From positions 28,679-92,678 of the forward strand of contig CAZVYX010000018.1 of NCBI GenBank assembly GCA_964631725.1: a DNA stretch of 64,000 nt. Reading direction: 5' to 3'. The stretch comes from an uncultured Rhodospirillaceae bacterium. GTDB lineage: Bacteria; Pseudomonadota; Alphaproteobacteria; GCA-2731375. Within the stretch, counting starts at the first letter, position 1. Every line of letters begins with the position of its first letter. This document shows positions 10,281 to 25,140 of the stretch, piece by piece. Under the pieces are notes generated by a model. The model saw nothing but the letters and a program-made list of their open reading frames with translations, made no database searches and was not told where the DNA came from. The translations under genes were made by a program, and so were the position numbers.

Positions 10281-11348
10281 ATGAAATTTGGCGGCATGGT
10301 GGCGACCAAGATCGACGATTGGCAGATGTTCCCCTATTTGGAGGACCTGGGATACGACTGCGGCTGGGTGCCGGATTCGCAGATGATCTGGTCCGATTGC
10401 TACGCCACCATGGCATTGGCGGCGCAAAACACCTCCAAGCTGCGCCTGGGCACCGGCGTCGCCATCGCCGGCACGCGTTTGGCGCCGGTCACGGCGCATT
10501 CCATTGCCTCAATTAACAAGCTCGCGCCGGGGCGGGTCTTCCTGGGCATCGGCACCGGCCACACGGCGATGCGGGTGATGGGGCAGAACCCCATGCAGCC
10601 GACGGCGTTCCTCAATTACCTGCGCGTGGTGCGCGGCCTGCTGGCCGGCGAGGAGGTGGAATACCAGGGCAAACCCATCAAGTTCCTGGACCGGGAACTG
10701 GAATGCATCAATACGGAGCACAAGGTGCCGATCTACGTCGCCGCCAACGGGCCCAAGGCACTGGCCGCGGCGGGCGCCTATGGCGATGGGCGCATCGGCG
10801 CCGGCAACGAACCCTATGGCCTACTGTCGAAAAATCTTGATCGCATGCGGCGCGGCGCGGAAGATGTGGGGCGGCAGCTTGATGACAGCTTCCATACCTC
10901 GGTGCTGACCTTTGCCTGTGTTCTAAAACCCGGCGAGGACCTGACATCGGACCGGGTGATCGACGAGACCGGCGCCGAAGTCGTTTCATCCCTGCATTTC
11001 TGGTACGAAATCTACCGTCAGCGGGGCGATGACGACTTCATTTTGGGCGAGGTGCGGGATGTTTGGGAGGACTACAAGGCCTACGTGGAATCGGAGATGC
11101 CCGAAGACCGCCGCCACCAAATCCTGCACACCGGCCATTGCGCCTTCCTGCCCGCCGCCGAGCGGCGCTTTATCACGCCGGAGATGATCAGGATTTCCGG
11201 CGGCTTCGTGGGCCAGCCCGATGAAATCATCGAGCGCCTGCGGGAATTGGAGGCCGGCGGCCTGCGCGAGATTGCCCTGCTGCCGCCGATCGCCGTGGCG
11301 CGGCAAAATTTCAAGGACTTCGCCGAACAGGTCATGGCGAAATACTAG
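10281..11348 (+). CDS. LLM-class (luciferase-like/Mer-like) flavin-dependent oxidoreductase
   Basis: TSKLRLGTGV, PGRVFLGIGTG, VPIYVAANGPK; GAGGAG RBS before ATG 10281. Confidence 0.88.
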   Translation: MKFGGMVATKIDDWQMFPYLEDLGYDCGWVPDSQMIWSDCYATMALAAQNTSKLRLGTGVAIAGTRLAPVTAHSIASINKLAPGRVFLGIGTGHTAMRVMGQNPMQPTAFLNYLRVVRGLLAGEEVEYQGKPIKFLDRELECINTEHKVPIYVAANGPKALAAAGAYGDGRIGAGNEPYGLLSKNLDRMRRGAEDVGRQLDDSFHTSVLTFACVLKPGEDLTSDRVIDETGAEVVSSLHFWYEIYRQRGDDDFILGEVRDVWEDYKAYVESEMPEDRRHQILHTGHCAFLPAAERRFITPEMIRISGGFVGQPDEIIERLRELEAGGLREIALLPPIAVARQNFKDFAEQVMAKY

Positions 11349-11360
11349 GGGTTGGCAACG

Positions 11361-11858
11361 ATGTTTTCCGATGAGCTGACGGCCCAGGCCACGGCACTGT
11401 TGCAGGCCTGCCGGGATGCCGGTGCAATGGTCGCCACGGCGGAATCCTGCACCGGCGGCCTGATCGCCGGCTGCCTGACCGAAATCGCCGGCTCTTCCGA
11501 CGTGGTGGATCGGGGCTTCGTGACCTATTCGAACGCGGCCAAGAACGCCATGCTGGACGTTCCCATGGCGCTGATCGAGGGCCATGGCGCGGTTTCGGAA
11601 CCGGTGGCCCGGGCTATGGCTGAGGGGGCAATCGCCAAATCGGAAGCCAATCTCGCCGTCGCCGTCACCGGCGTGGCGGGACCGGGTGGCGGCACGGCGG
11701 ACAAACCGGTGGGCCTGGTGCACTTGGCCTGCGCCAAGCGGGACGGGGCGACCCTGCACATGGAACAGCGCTACGGCGATCTGGGCCGGGCCGGCATCCG
11801 CGAGGCGACCGTTCGATCGGCGCTGGATATGTTGTCGCGGCAGCTTAACGGCGCCTGA
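11361..11858 (+). CDS. cinA: CinA/PncC family nicotinamide-nucleotide amidohydrolase
   Basis: AESCTGG, GFVTYSN, GAVSE, TGVAGPGGG, KPVGLV. Confidence 0.93.
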   Translation: MFSDELTAQATALLQACRDAGAMVATAESCTGGLIAGCLTEIAGSSDVVDRGFVTYSNAAKNAMLDVPMALIEGHGAVSEPVARAMAEGAIAKSEANLAVAVTGVAGPGGGTADKPVGLVHLACAKRDGATLHMEQRYGDLGRAGIREATVRSALDMLSRQLNGA

Positions 11859-11864
11859 GCGGCC

Positions 11865-12536
11865 ATGCCCCCCAGCATCAAAACGCGCGATATGTGGCCG
11901 GCGGTGCTGGGCGCCATCATCGTGCAGCTGGCCATGGCATTGCTGGGCCGGCGCCTGCTGGGCCCAGGTGAGGAACAGGCGCCGGCGGCGACGATGCTGG
12001 TATACCTGGTGCTGCCAAGCCTGGCCGCGATCATCTGGGTCTGGTTCGCCACCGTCTGGCGCGAACAGGACGGCTGGTCCCGCCTGGGCTTTGCCTGGAT
12101 CGACCGGCGCTGGTTGCTGCGCGCCGTCGCCCTGGGTGCGATATCGGTACCGGTGCTGATGCTGATCACGGCCATAACGAAACCGGTGTTCGGCCCCGCC
12201 AAGAACCCCGCGCTGCCCCTGACGGGAGCCGATGCCTGGGGCGAGCCGTCCTACATGGCGGCATTGCTGCTGGGCGTTGTGCTGCTGGCGCCGCTGATGG
12301 AGGAAATGATCTTCCGCGGCCTGTTGTTCGGCTGGCTGCGCCGGCGCTACGGGCTATGGCATGCCGCCGCTCTGGCCGCCCTGGGCCATGCCATCCTGCA
12401 CTTCGACCAGGGTGCCCTGCCCGGCCTGTTCCTGTTTTTCCTATTCCTGGCCTGGATCTATGAATACTCCCAAAGCCTGTGGGTGCCGACCATCATCCAC
12501 AGTGTCCACAACTTCGTGGTCCTGCAACTACCCTGA
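11865..12536 (+). CDS. CPBP (Abi/CAAX) family intramembrane metalloprotease
   Basis: EEMIFRG, HAILH, IIHSVHN motifs; hydrophobic. Confidence 0.88.
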   Translation: MPPSIKTRDMWPAVLGAIIVQLAMALLGRRLLGPGEEQAPAATMLVYLVLPSLAAIIWVWFATVWREQDGWSRLGFAWIDRRWLLRAVALGAISVPVLMLITAITKPVFGPAKNPALPLTGADAWGEPSYMAALLLGVVLLAPLMEEMIFRGLLFGWLRRRYGLWHAAALAALGHAILHFDQGALPGLFLFFLFLAWIYEYSQSLWVPTIIHSVHNFVVLQLP

Positions 12537-12751
12537 AAATGCTCATTTCGGCGCTTCGGAAAAATCCTTCCAGGCGGTACCGAACTGTTGGCAGTTCCGT
12601 GGCGATGGTGTAAAAGCCCCCTTCTCTATTTGTGTCGACATCCCTATATAGCCCTTTGTCCCAATGCAGTATTTGGGGAGTTGACGATGCGGGCCCTGTT
12701 AGGCGGCTTATTCACCAACCGCCACGCAACGGGCTCCAGCAGGTGCGAATT

Positions 12752-13090
12752 ATGCAAGAAGTGCTTTTGGTTGTTCATTTGATGCTGGCGATTGCCATTG
12801 TCATCACCGTGTTGTTGCAGCGTAGCGAAGGCGGCGCGCTGGGCATGGGTGGCGGCGGTGGAGGTGGCGGCGGCGGCGGCGGCGGTTTGATGACCGGGCG
12901 CGAGGCGGCAAATTTGCTGACCCGATCCACCGCCGTTTTGGCCGCTTGCTTTTTCGCCACATCGTTGACCCTGACCATCATGGCCAGCAGTTCAAGCGAG
13001 CGAAAATCGATCCTGGAGCAATCGGGAACGGAGAGTTCCACGAATCAACCCGCGGCGCCCGCCGGACCGACGGTTCCCACCGACAAATAG
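12752..13090 (+). CDS. secG: Preprotein translocase subunit SecG
   Basis: VLLQRSEGGALG...NLLTRST; two TM helices; upstream of pyrG. Confidence 0.93.
   Translation: MQEVLLVVHLMLAIAIVITVLLQRSEGGALGMGGGGGGGGGGGGGLMTGREAANLLTRSTAVLAACFFATSLTLTIMASSSSERKSILEQSGTESSTNQPAAPAGPTVPTDK
12848..12886 (+). repeat. GGN trinucleotide tract encoding 13 consecutive Gly in SecG
   Basis: ggt ggc ggc ggt gga ggt (ggc)x6 ggt read directly. Confidence 0.9.
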
Positions 13091-13145
13091 TTTCAGTCGC
13101 AAGCCTAGGAAAAGCAGCAAAAACGGGCCATTCGCGGCGCGTTAA

Positions 13146-14849
<1,704 letters not shown>

Positions 14850-14853
14850 GCGG

Positions 14854-15675
14854 ATGGCTGACGTCACCATTGGCAAGATCACGATCGGCAACGACCAGCC
14901 CTTGACCCTGATCGCCGGGCCTTGCGCCATGGAGGGGCGGGAGCATGCCCTGGAAATGGCGGACCGCCTGACCAGCCTGGCCGATCGCTTGGGCTTTTCA
15001 CTGATCTACAAGTCATCCTTCGACAAGGCCAACCGCACCTCGCTGGACAGCCCACGGGGCATCGGCATCGAGGCCGCCCTGGATATTTTTGCCGAAATCA
15101 AGGACCGCTTTGGCTGTCCGGTGCTGACGGATGTGCATACGGAGGCCCAGTGCGCCCAGGCGGCAACTGTGATCGACGTGCTGCAAATACCCGCCTTTCT
15201 GTGCCGGCAGACGGATCTGCTGCTGGCGGCGGCGGCCACGGGCCGGGCCGTCAACGTCAAGAAGGGGCAATTCCTCGCACCCTGGGACATGGCCAATGTG
15301 GTGGCCAAGCTGACGGACAGCGGCAATGATAACGTGCTGGTTACCGAACGGGGTGCATCATTCGGCTACAACACCCTGGTCAGTGACATGCGCGCGCTGC
15401 CGGTGTTGAAGGATATTGGCCAGCCGGTAGTCTTTGACGCCACCCATTCGGTGCAACAGCCGGGCGGCCAGGGCGGCACCTCCGGCGGGCAGCGGGAAAT
15501 GGTGCCGGTGCTGGCCCGCGCCGCCGTCGCCATCGGTGTCGCCGCCGTTTTCATGGAAACCCACGAGGAACCCGACCGCGCGCCATCGGACGGCCCCAAC
15601 ATGGTACCTGTTGACCAGTTGGGACCGTTGATGGAAACCCTGCTGGCCTTCGACCGCCTGGCCAAGGCGCAATAG
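14854..15675 (+). CDS. kdsA: KDO-8-phosphate synthase
   Basis: [39 protein letters not shown]. Confidence 0.98.
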   Translation: MADVTIGKITIGNDQPLTLIAGPCAMEGREHALEMADRLTSLADRLGFSLIYKSSFDKANRTSLDSPRGIGIEAALDIFAEIKDRFGCPVLTDVHTEAQCAQAATVIDVLQIPAFLCRQTDLLLAAAATGRAVNVKKGQFLAPWDMANVVAKLTDSGNDNVLVTERGASFGYNTLVSDMRALPVLKDIGQPVVFDATHSVQQPGGQGGTSGGQREMVPVLARAAVAIGVAAVFMETHEEPDRAPSDGPNMVPVDQLGPLMETLLAFDRLAKAQ

Positions 15676-15677
15676 CG

Positions 15678-18312
<2,635 letters not shown>

Positions 18313-18324
18313 GCGTTCCGGCCC

Positions 18325-19080
18325 TTATTTCGAACCGCCGTCGATCCTGAGGATGGCGCCGGTGGTGTAGCTGGCGCCGCTGGAGGCGAGATACAGCGCC
18401 GCCGCCGCGACTTCCTCGGCCTCGCCGCCGCGCTGCATGGCGATGCGCTCCTCGGCGCGGGCGTTGAAGGCATCCATGTCCCAGGCCTTGGAAATATCCG
18501 TCAGGAAGGGCCCGGGCATGATGCAGTTGACCCGCACCTTGGGGCCGTAGGCATCGGCGAAAGCCTCTGTGATGGCATTCACGCCGGCCTTGGCGGCGGC
18601 ATAGGTGATGACATCCTTGGTGGGGCGGATGGCGGCGGTGGAGGAGACATTGATGATGGCGCCGCCCTTCCCGTCCACCATGCGCTGGCCCACATTGGCG
18701 CACAGGCGGAAGGAACCCTTTAGGTTGACGTCCAGGACCTTGTCGTACAGCGCCTCGGTTATTTCGTCGGGCCGGCCATAATGGGGCGACATGCCGGCAT
18801 TGTTGATCAGCACATCGATGCGGCCAAAACGTTCGTACGCCGCATCCACCAACGCATCCACCTGTTCCCAATAGCCCACATGGCAGGCATAAGGCATGGC
18901 CTGGCGGCCCAGGGCCTCGACCTCCCGCGCCGTGGCCTCGCAACTTTCGATCTTGCGCGAGGTGATGATTATGTCCGCCCCGGCCCCGGCGAAGCCCAGG
19001 GCCATGGCCCGGCCCAAACCCCGGCTGCCGCCGGTGATCAAGACCACCTTGTCCGTCATGTCGATGTGATTGCTGGCCAT
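18325..19080 (-). CDS. SDR family oxidoreductase
   Basis: TGGSRGLG, NNAG, YAAAK. Confidence 0.93.
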   Translation of the reverse strand: MASNHIDMTDKVVLITGGSRGLGRAMALGFAGAGADIIITSRKIESCEATAREVEALGRQAMPYACHVGYWEQVDALVDAAYERFGRIDVLINNAGMSPHYGRPDEITEALYDKVLDVNLKGSFRLCANVGQRMVDGKGGAIINVSSTAAIRPTKDVITYAAAKAGVNAITEAFADAYGPKVRVNCIMPGPFLTDISKAWDMDAFNARAEERIAMQRGGEAEEVAAAALYLASSGASYTTGAILRIDGGSK

Positions 19081-19176
19081 CCGCCGTCTCCCTGTTTCAC
19101 GCAACTGTCAGCACGATCTTACCAAAATGCTTGTTGCCGCGCATATGGGCTTGTGCCGGTGGCGTGGGAATTTACT

Positions 19177-19338
19177 GAATCGTCAGGCCCTTGTCGGTCA
19201 ATACGGCGGCTTTCATGGCGGCATTCCTTTGTAGGCGGGGAATCAAAACATGAACATAACATGATCATTGCAGAATCATTTATAACTTATTGAATCAGCG
19301 TACTTTTTTCACTTGATCCGATTCGCGCCATGTGATTC
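19177..19338. promoter_or_regulatory. Cluster of six GANTC (CcrM) sites upstream of ftsB
   Basis: GAATC at 19177, 19240, 19273, 19292; GATTC at 19320, 19334. Confidence 0.6.
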
Positions 19339-19350
19339 GCTCCACCGGTC

Positions 19351-19662
19351 ATGGGTCTTTGGTACGATATGCGGCGAAGTCTACGCAGGGCGGTTGCGCC
19401 CTGTCTGGGCATCTGCGCCCTGCTCTATTTCTGCTATCACACGGTCCAGGGGGACCGGGGCATCATCGCCTATCTGCGCCTGAACGCGCAGTTGGAGCGG
19501 ACCCAGATGGCATTGCAGGAAAGCAATGCGGCACACGACATCCTGGCCCGCCGGGCCAGTCTGCTGCGCCCGGAAAATCTCGACCGGGACATGCTGGATG
19601 AAAAGGCCCGTCATGCCCTTGGCATGGCGCATCCTGACGACATCGTGATTTACACACCGTAA
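19351..19662 (+). CDS. ftsB: Septum formation initiator FtsB/DivIC
   Basis: TM helix, GDRG, coiled coil, DMLDEKARHALG; conserved eno-ftsB-pdhA position. Confidence 0.9.
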   Translation: MGLWYDMRRSLRRAVAPCLGICALLYFCYHTVQGDRGIIAYLRLNAQLERTQMALQESNAAHDILARRASLLRPENLDRDMLDEKARHALGMAHPDDIVIYTP

Positions 19663-19856
19663 GCGGCGGCAAGAACCGTTCAGCCCGGATTTGGATTGCA
19701 CGCCAACGGCTTGTCCGTTAGGTCCCTGCATCTTGCCTTAATATTCAATTAATCATTATCCAGTTAATATTGAAATTCTCCTTGTATTACAAAGAGTTTT
19801 GACGCTTCATTTATGTCTGAAAGCGTCGGTAAAGATCAATTGCGAGCGAGGCTGTC

Positions 19857-20930
19857 ATGGCGAAAGCGGCGAAATCCAAGGCTGATGGTGCAAGGTCCGG
19901 CGGTTCCAAGGCGGCCAGAACCGTTACGCGCCGGCGCAAGGCGCCGCCACCTCCCGCCATCACCAAGGCCAATGCCGACGAGGCGCTGGGCTATTACCGG
20001 CAAATGCTGTTGATCCGCCGTTTCGAGGAAAAGGCGGGCCAGATGTACGGCATGGGCCTGATCGGTGGCTTCTGCCACCTTTACATCGGTCAGGAAGCGG
20101 TGGTCACCGGCATGCAGGCGGCGATCGACGAGGGCGACACGCAACTGACCAGCTACCGCGACCACGGCCATATGCTGGCCTGCGGCATGGATGCCAAGGG
20201 CGTGATGGCCGAATTGACCGGACGCATCGGCGGCTATTCCAAGGGCAAGGGCGGCTCCATGCACATGTTCAGCCGGGAAAAGAACTTCTATGGCGGCCAC
20301 GGCATCGTCGGAGCCCAGGTGCCCATAGGCGCCGGGCTTGGTTTCGCCCATAAATACCGCGGCAACGGCCGCATCTCCCTGACCTATTTCGGCGACGGCT
20401 CGGCCAATCAGGGCCAGGTATACGAGGCCTTCAACATGGCCGCCCTGTGGCAACTGCCGGTCATCTTTATCGTCGAGAACAACCAATACGCCATGGGCAC
20501 GGCGGTGGGCCGCGCCTCGGCCCAGACGGAACTGTACCGCCGCGGCGAAAGCATCGGCATCCCCGGCGTCCAGGTCGACGGCATGGATGTCCTGGCCGTC
20601 AAGGCGGCGGGTGACGCGGCGGTCAAGCACGCACGCAGCGGCAAGGGTCCGATCCTGATGGAGATGAAGACCTACCGCTACCGTGGCCATTCCATGTCCG
20701 ACCCGGCGAAATACCGCACCAAGGAAGAGGTCCAGCGGGTCCGGTCCGAGCGTGACCCCATCGATCATCTGCGCGAGATGATATTGGCGTCAGGTGTCGC
20801 CGCAGAGGCGGATTTGAAGGCCCTGGACCGGGAGGTCAAGGATATCGTGACGGAGGCGGCGGAATTCGCGCAAAACAGCCCCGAACCAGACCCATCGGAG
20901 CTGTATACCGACATTCTGGTGGAGGTCTAG
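19857..20930 (+). CDS. pdhA: Pyruvate dehydrogenase E1 alpha
   Basis: GFCHLYIGQEA, GDGSANQGQ, YRYRGHSMSDP. Confidence 0.98.
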   Translation: MAKAAKSKADGARSGGSKAARTVTRRRKAPPPPAITKANADEALGYYRQMLLIRRFEEKAGQMYGMGLIGGFCHLYIGQEAVVTGMQAAIDEGDTQLTSYRDHGHMLACGMDAKGVMAELTGRIGGYSKGKGGSMHMFSREKNFYGGHGIVGAQVPIGAGLGFAHKYRGNGRISLTYFGDGSANQGQVYEAFNMAALWQLPVIFIVENNQYAMGTAVGRASAQTELYRRGESIGIPGVQVDGMDVLAVKAAGDAAVKHARSGKGPILMEMKTYRYRGHSMSDPAKYRTKEEVQRVRSERDPIDHLREMILASGVAAEADLKALDREVKDIVTEAAEFAQNSPEPDPSELYTDILVEV

Positions 20931-20933
20931 GCC

Positions 20934-22319
20934 ATGCCCGTCACCATCACCATGCCGGCCCTCTCCCCCACCATGACCGAGGGTACACTGGCCAATTGGC
21001 TCGTTGCTGAAGGCGAAAGCGTGAACCCCGGCGACATGATCGCGGAGATCGAGACCGACAAGGCGACCATGGAGGTCGAGGCGGTGGACGAGGGCGTCGT
21101 GGGCAAGATACTAGTGCCCGCCGGGACCGAGAATATCGCCGTCAATACGCCGATCATTGTCCTGCTGTTGGAGGGCGAGGACGCCGCCGACATCGACGGC
21201 GCACTCGCTGGCGCCGCTGCGCCGCAGCCTGAACCCGCGCCAGAGCCAGAGCCGGCATCGGCACCAATAGCGGCGGTCGCCGCGCCGGCGCCTGTGGCCG
21301 AAACCGTTGTTGAAGACGATCTGCCGCCCGGTACCGAAATGGTTACGATGACCGTACGCGATGCCTTGCGCGATGCCATGGCCGAGGAAATGCGCCATGA
21401 TGACGATGTCTTCCTGATGGGCGAGGAAGTGGCGGAATATCAGGGTGCCTACAAGATCAGCCAGGGCCTGCTGGAGGAATTTGGCGGCCGCCGGGTAATC
21501 GACACGCCGATTACCGAGCATGGCTTCACCGGCATGGCGGTCGGCGCCGCGTTCGGCGGGTTAAGGCCCATTGTCGAATTCATGACTTTCAATTTCGCCA
21601 TGCAGGCGATTGATCAGATCATCAATTCCGCCGCCAAAACCCGCTATATGTCGGGCGGTCAAATGGGCTGCCCCATCGTCTTTCGCGGTGCCAACGGCAT
21701 CGCCTCCCGCGTCGCCGCCCAGCATTCCCAGTGCTATGCCTCGTGGTATGCCCATTGTCCGGGCCTGAAGGTGGTTTCGCCCTATAGCGCGGCGGATGCC
21801 AAGGGCCTGTTGAAAAGCGCCATCCGCGATCCCAATCCGGTGGTGTTCCTGGAGAGCGAGTTGATGTACGGCCACGCCTTCGAGGTGCCGGTGCTGGACG
21901 ACCATACTGTGCCCATCGGCAAGGCGCGCATCGCCCGGCCGGGCAGCGACATTACCATCGTGGCCTTTTCCATTGCCGTCGGCTGGGCCCTGGAAGCGGC
22001 GGAAACGCTGGCATCTGATGGCATATCGGCGGAAGTGATCGATCTGCGCACGGTCCGGCCCCTGGACATGGCCACGATCCTGCGATCCATCGGCAAAACC
22101 AACCGCTGTGTCACGGTGGAAGAAGGCTGGCTCGGCTGCGGTATCGGGTCCGAGCTGTCCGCCCGCATCATGGAACAGGCCTTTGACGACCTGGATGCGC
22201 CGGTTACGCGGGTCGGGGGCGCCGATGTCCCCATGCCCTATGCGGCGAATTTGGAAAAACTGTCCGTACCCGATGCCGCCGCCATCGCCGAAGCCGCCAA
22301 GAGCGTCTGCTACCGCTAG
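20934..22319 (+). CDS. pdhB: Pyruvate dehydrogenase E1 beta with N-terminal lipoyl domain
   Basis: ETDKAT lipoyl site; [15 protein letters not shown]. Confidence 0.98.
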   Translation: MPVTITMPALSPTMTEGTLANWLVAEGESVNPGDMIAEIETDKATMEVEAVDEGVVGKILVPAGTENIAVNTPIIVLLLEGEDAADIDGALAGAAAPQPEPAPEPEPASAPIAAVAAPAPVAETVVEDDLPPGTEMVTMTVRDALRDAMAEEMRHDDDVFLMGEEVAEYQGAYKISQGLLEEFGGRRVIDTPITEHGFTGMAVGAAFGGLRPIVEFMTFNFAMQAIDQIINSAAKTRYMSGGQMGCPIVFRGANGIASRVAAQHSQCYASWYAHCPGLKVVSPYSAADAKGLLKSAIRDPNPVVFLESELMYGHAFEVPVLDDHTVPIGKARIARPGSDITIVAFSIAVGWALEAAETLASDGISAEVIDLRTVRPLDMATILRSIGKTNRCVTVEEGWLGCGIGSELSARIMEQAFDDLDAPVTRVGGADVPMPYAANLEKLSVPDAAAIAEAAKSVCYR

Positions 22320-22379
22320 GATTTGAGGCAAGCGCATAGAGCACGAGCCGTCAACGAGAATATAACGGGAAATCAAGCC

Positions 22380-23687
22380 ATGCCCATCACCATCACCATG
22401 CCCGCCCTGTCGCCGACCATGACCGAGGGAACCCTGGCCAAATGGCTCCTGAAAGAGGGCGATACGGTGCAATCCGGCGACATGCTGGCGGAAATCGAGA
22501 CCGATAAGGCGACCATGGAGGTCGAGGCCATTGATGACGGCGTCCTGGCCCGCATTCTGATCCCGGAAGGCACCGAAGGCGTGCCGGTCAACGCGCCCAT
22601 TGCCATTCTGCTAGAAGAGGGCGAGGACGCCGCCGTTCTGGAAGACGCGACGTCAGAGCCTGCCCCGACGCCCGAACCTACGCCCGCGCCCGCAGCGGCG
22701 GCGCCCGAAGCGATTTCCGTGGCGGCGCCGGCCCCAACCCCAGCCCCGGCACCCGCACCGGCGGCAACATCTTCCGGCGGTGGCCGTATTCTGGCCTCGC
22801 CCCTGGCCCGACGCATGGCCTCCCAGACCGGCCTGGATCTGGCCGCGATCGGCGGCAGCGGGCCACGGGGCCGCATCGTCAAGGCCGATATCGAGGCCGC
22901 CATCGCCGCCGGTGGTGCACCTGCAGCACCAAGCGCGGCCCCAGTTGCGGCGGCTCCGGCGCCTGCCCCGGCAGCGGCAGCCTCCGCCGCACCGTTCGAG
23001 GGCGAATTTGAGTTGCAACCGCTAAGCACCATGCGAAAGACCGTCGCCCGGCGCATGAGCGCGTCCAAGCGCGAGGCGCCGCATTTCTATCTGACCGTCG
23101 ATTGCGAATTGGATGCCCTGCTGGCCCTACGCAAGGATCTGAACGATCGCGCCGACGGCGCCTACAAACTGTCGGTCAACGACCTGGTCATCAAGGCCGC
23201 CGCCGTCGCCCTGATCAAAGTTCCCGCCGCCAACGCAGGTTATTCCGATGGCGGAATAAAGCTGTACAAATCCGCCGATATCGCCGTCGCCGTGGCCTCG
23301 GAGCGTGGTCTGATCACGCCGGTGATCCGCAACGCCAACGGCAAGGGCCTGGAAGCGATCTCGAACGAAATGCGCGCATTGGCGCAAAAGGCCAACGACG
23401 GCAAATTGATGCCCGAGGACTACCAGGGCGGCAGCTTCTCGATCTCCAACCTGGGCATGTACGGAGTGAAGCAGTTTGATGCGGTGATCAACACACCGCA
23501 AGCCTGCATTCTGGCCGTTGGTGCCGGGGAACAGCGCCCCGTGGTCAAGAACGGCGCCCTGGCGGTCGCGACCGTAATGTCGGTTACGCTTTCCGTCGAT
23601 CACCGGGCCGTCGACGGCGCCATCGGGGCCCAGTTCCTGGCCGCCTTCAAGGGATTGGTCGAGGATCCCATGACAATGTTGCTCTAG
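22380..23687 (+). CDS. pdhC: Dihydrolipoamide acetyltransferase (E2)
   Basis: ETDKAT, ASPLARR, GSGPRGRI, DHRAVDG. Confidence 0.97.
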   Translation: MPITITMPALSPTMTEGTLAKWLLKEGDTVQSGDMLAEIETDKATMEVEAIDDGVLARILIPEGTEGVPVNAPIAILLEEGEDAAVLEDATSEPAPTPEPTPAPAAAAPEAISVAAPAPTPAPAPAPAATSSGGGRILASPLARRMASQTGLDLAAIGGSGPRGRIVKADIEAAIAAGGAPAAPSAAPVAAAPAPAPAAAASAAPFEGEFELQPLSTMRKTVARRMSASKREAPHFYLTVDCELDALLALRKDLNDRADGAYKLSVNDLVIKAAAVALIKVPAANAGYSDGGIKLYKSADIAVAVASERGLITPVIRNANGKGLEAISNEMRALAQKANDGKLMPEDYQGGSFSISNLGMYGVKQFDAVINTPQACILAVGAGEQRPVVKNGALAVATVMSVTLSVDHRAVDGAIGAQFLAAFKGLVEDPMTMLL

Positions 23688-23699
23688 GGAGATAGTGCG

Positions 23700-25103
23700 A
23701 TGGCAGCGCAGGATTTCGATCTGGTCGTCGTCGGTGGCGGCCCGGGCGGATATGTGGCGGCGATCCGGGCCGCACAATTGGGCATGAGCGTGGCCCTGGT
23801 AGAGCGCGAACATCTGGGCGGCATTTGCCTGAACTGGGGCTGTATCCCGACGAAGGCTCTGTTGCGCTCGGCCGAGGTCTATCATCTGGCCAAAACGTCA
23901 AGCCAATATGGATTTAAAATCAAAGATATAGAGATCGATCTTAAGGCAATAGTTCAACGCAGTCGCAAGATCGCCAAGCAACTGAACGGTGGCGTCGGTC
24001 ATCTTCTAAAAAAGAACAAGGTCGAAGTGCTGACCGGCCATGGCCGTCTCCTGGGCAAGGGCCGCCTGGCGGTGGAAGTGGATGGCGCGGCGGTGATGGA
24101 GATCGGCGCCAGGAATATCATCCTGGCCACCGGCGCGCGGGCGCGGGATCTGCCGGGCATGGAGGCGGACGGCAAGCAAATCTGGAGTTATCGCCACGCC
24201 CTGGTCGCCGACAGCATTCCGAAGCGGCTGCTGGTCGTGGGATCAGGCGCCATCGGCATCGAGTTCGCCAGTTTTTTCAATACCCTGGGGTCGGAGGTTA
24301 CGGTCGTCGAGGTGCTGGACCGGGTACTGCCGGTGGAGGACGAGGAAATCTCGGCCATGGCGCACAAAGCCTTTGAAAAACAGGGCATGCGCCTGTTGAC
24401 CGGCGTACAGGTCAAGGGATTGAAAAAATCCCCCGACAGCGTAACAGCCAGCATCGAACTGCCCGACGGCACAGCGGAAGAGATCACCGCCGACCGGGTC
24501 ATCATGGCCGTTGGCATCGTCGGCAATGTGGAAGATATCGGTCTGGAAAACACCAAGGCCAAGGTGGACCGCGGCCATGTGGTGGTGGACCCCTGGCTTG
24601 GCACGGGAGAGCCCGGACTGTACGCCATCGGCGATCTGGCCGGCCCGCCCTGGCTGGCGCATAAAGCTTCTCATGAGGGCGTTATCTGCGTCGAAAAAAT
24701 CGCCGGCGTGGAAGATGTCCATCCCCTTGAGCCCATGAACATTCCCGGCTGCACCTATTGCCAGCCGCAGGTCGCCTCCATCGGCCTGACCGAGGCCGCC
24801 GCCGTGGCGGCGGGCCGCGAGGTGCGCGTGGGACGCTTCCCCTTTATCGGCAACGGCAAGGCCATCGCCTTGGGCGAGCCCGAGGGCATGATCAAGACAG
24901 TTTTCGATGCGGCGACGGGTGAATTGCTGGGCGCGCATATGATCGGACCGGAGGTGACGGAGCTGATCCAGGGCTATGCCGTGGCCCGCAGCATGGAGAG
25001 CACGGAGGCTGAATTGCTGCATACGGTGTTCCCGCACCCCACGTTGTCAGAGGCGATGCACGAATCCGTACTTGACGCCATGGGCCGGGCCATCCATTTC
25101 TAG
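23700..25103 (+). CDS. lpdA: Dihydrolipoyl dehydrogenase (E3)
   Basis: [25 protein letters not shown]. Confidence 0.98.
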   Translation: MAAQDFDLVVVGGGPGGYVAAIRAAQLGMSVALVEREHLGGICLNWGCIPTKALLRSAEVYHLAKTSSQYGFKIKDIEIDLKAIVQRSRKIAKQLNGGVGHLLKKNKVEVLTGHGRLLGKGRLAVEVDGAAVMEIGARNIILATGARARDLPGMEADGKQIWSYRHALVADSIPKRLLVVGSGAIGIEFASFFNTLGSEVTVVEVLDRVLPVEDEEISAMAHKAFEKQGMRLLTGVQVKGLKKSPDSVTASIELPDGTAEEITADRVIMAVGIVGNVEDIGLENTKAKVDRGHVVVDPWLGTGEPGLYAIGDLAGPPWLAHKASHEGVICVEKIAGVEDVHPLEPMNIPGCTYCQPQVASIGLTEAAAVAAGREVRVGRFPFIGNGKAIALGEPEGMIKTVFDAATGELLGAHMIGPEVTELIQGYAVARSMESTEAELLHTVFPHPTLSEAMHESVLDAMGRAIHF

Positions 25104-25140
25104 GGCAGAATTAACGACGATGAGGCTAGGGCCTGACATC

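Noticed and set aside
11865-12536. Abi-domain protein as phage defence
   Set aside because: The CPBP/CAAX protease family name does not imply abortive infection; no defence context.
20931-22640. Near-identical DNA at the starts of pdhB and pdhC
   Set aside because: Both encode lipoyl domains, a known feature of alphaproteobacterial PDH; not a mobile or DGR-type repeat.
21220-22990. Pro/Ala-rich repeats in pdhB and pdhC
   Set aside because: Ordinary flexible linkers of PDH subunits.
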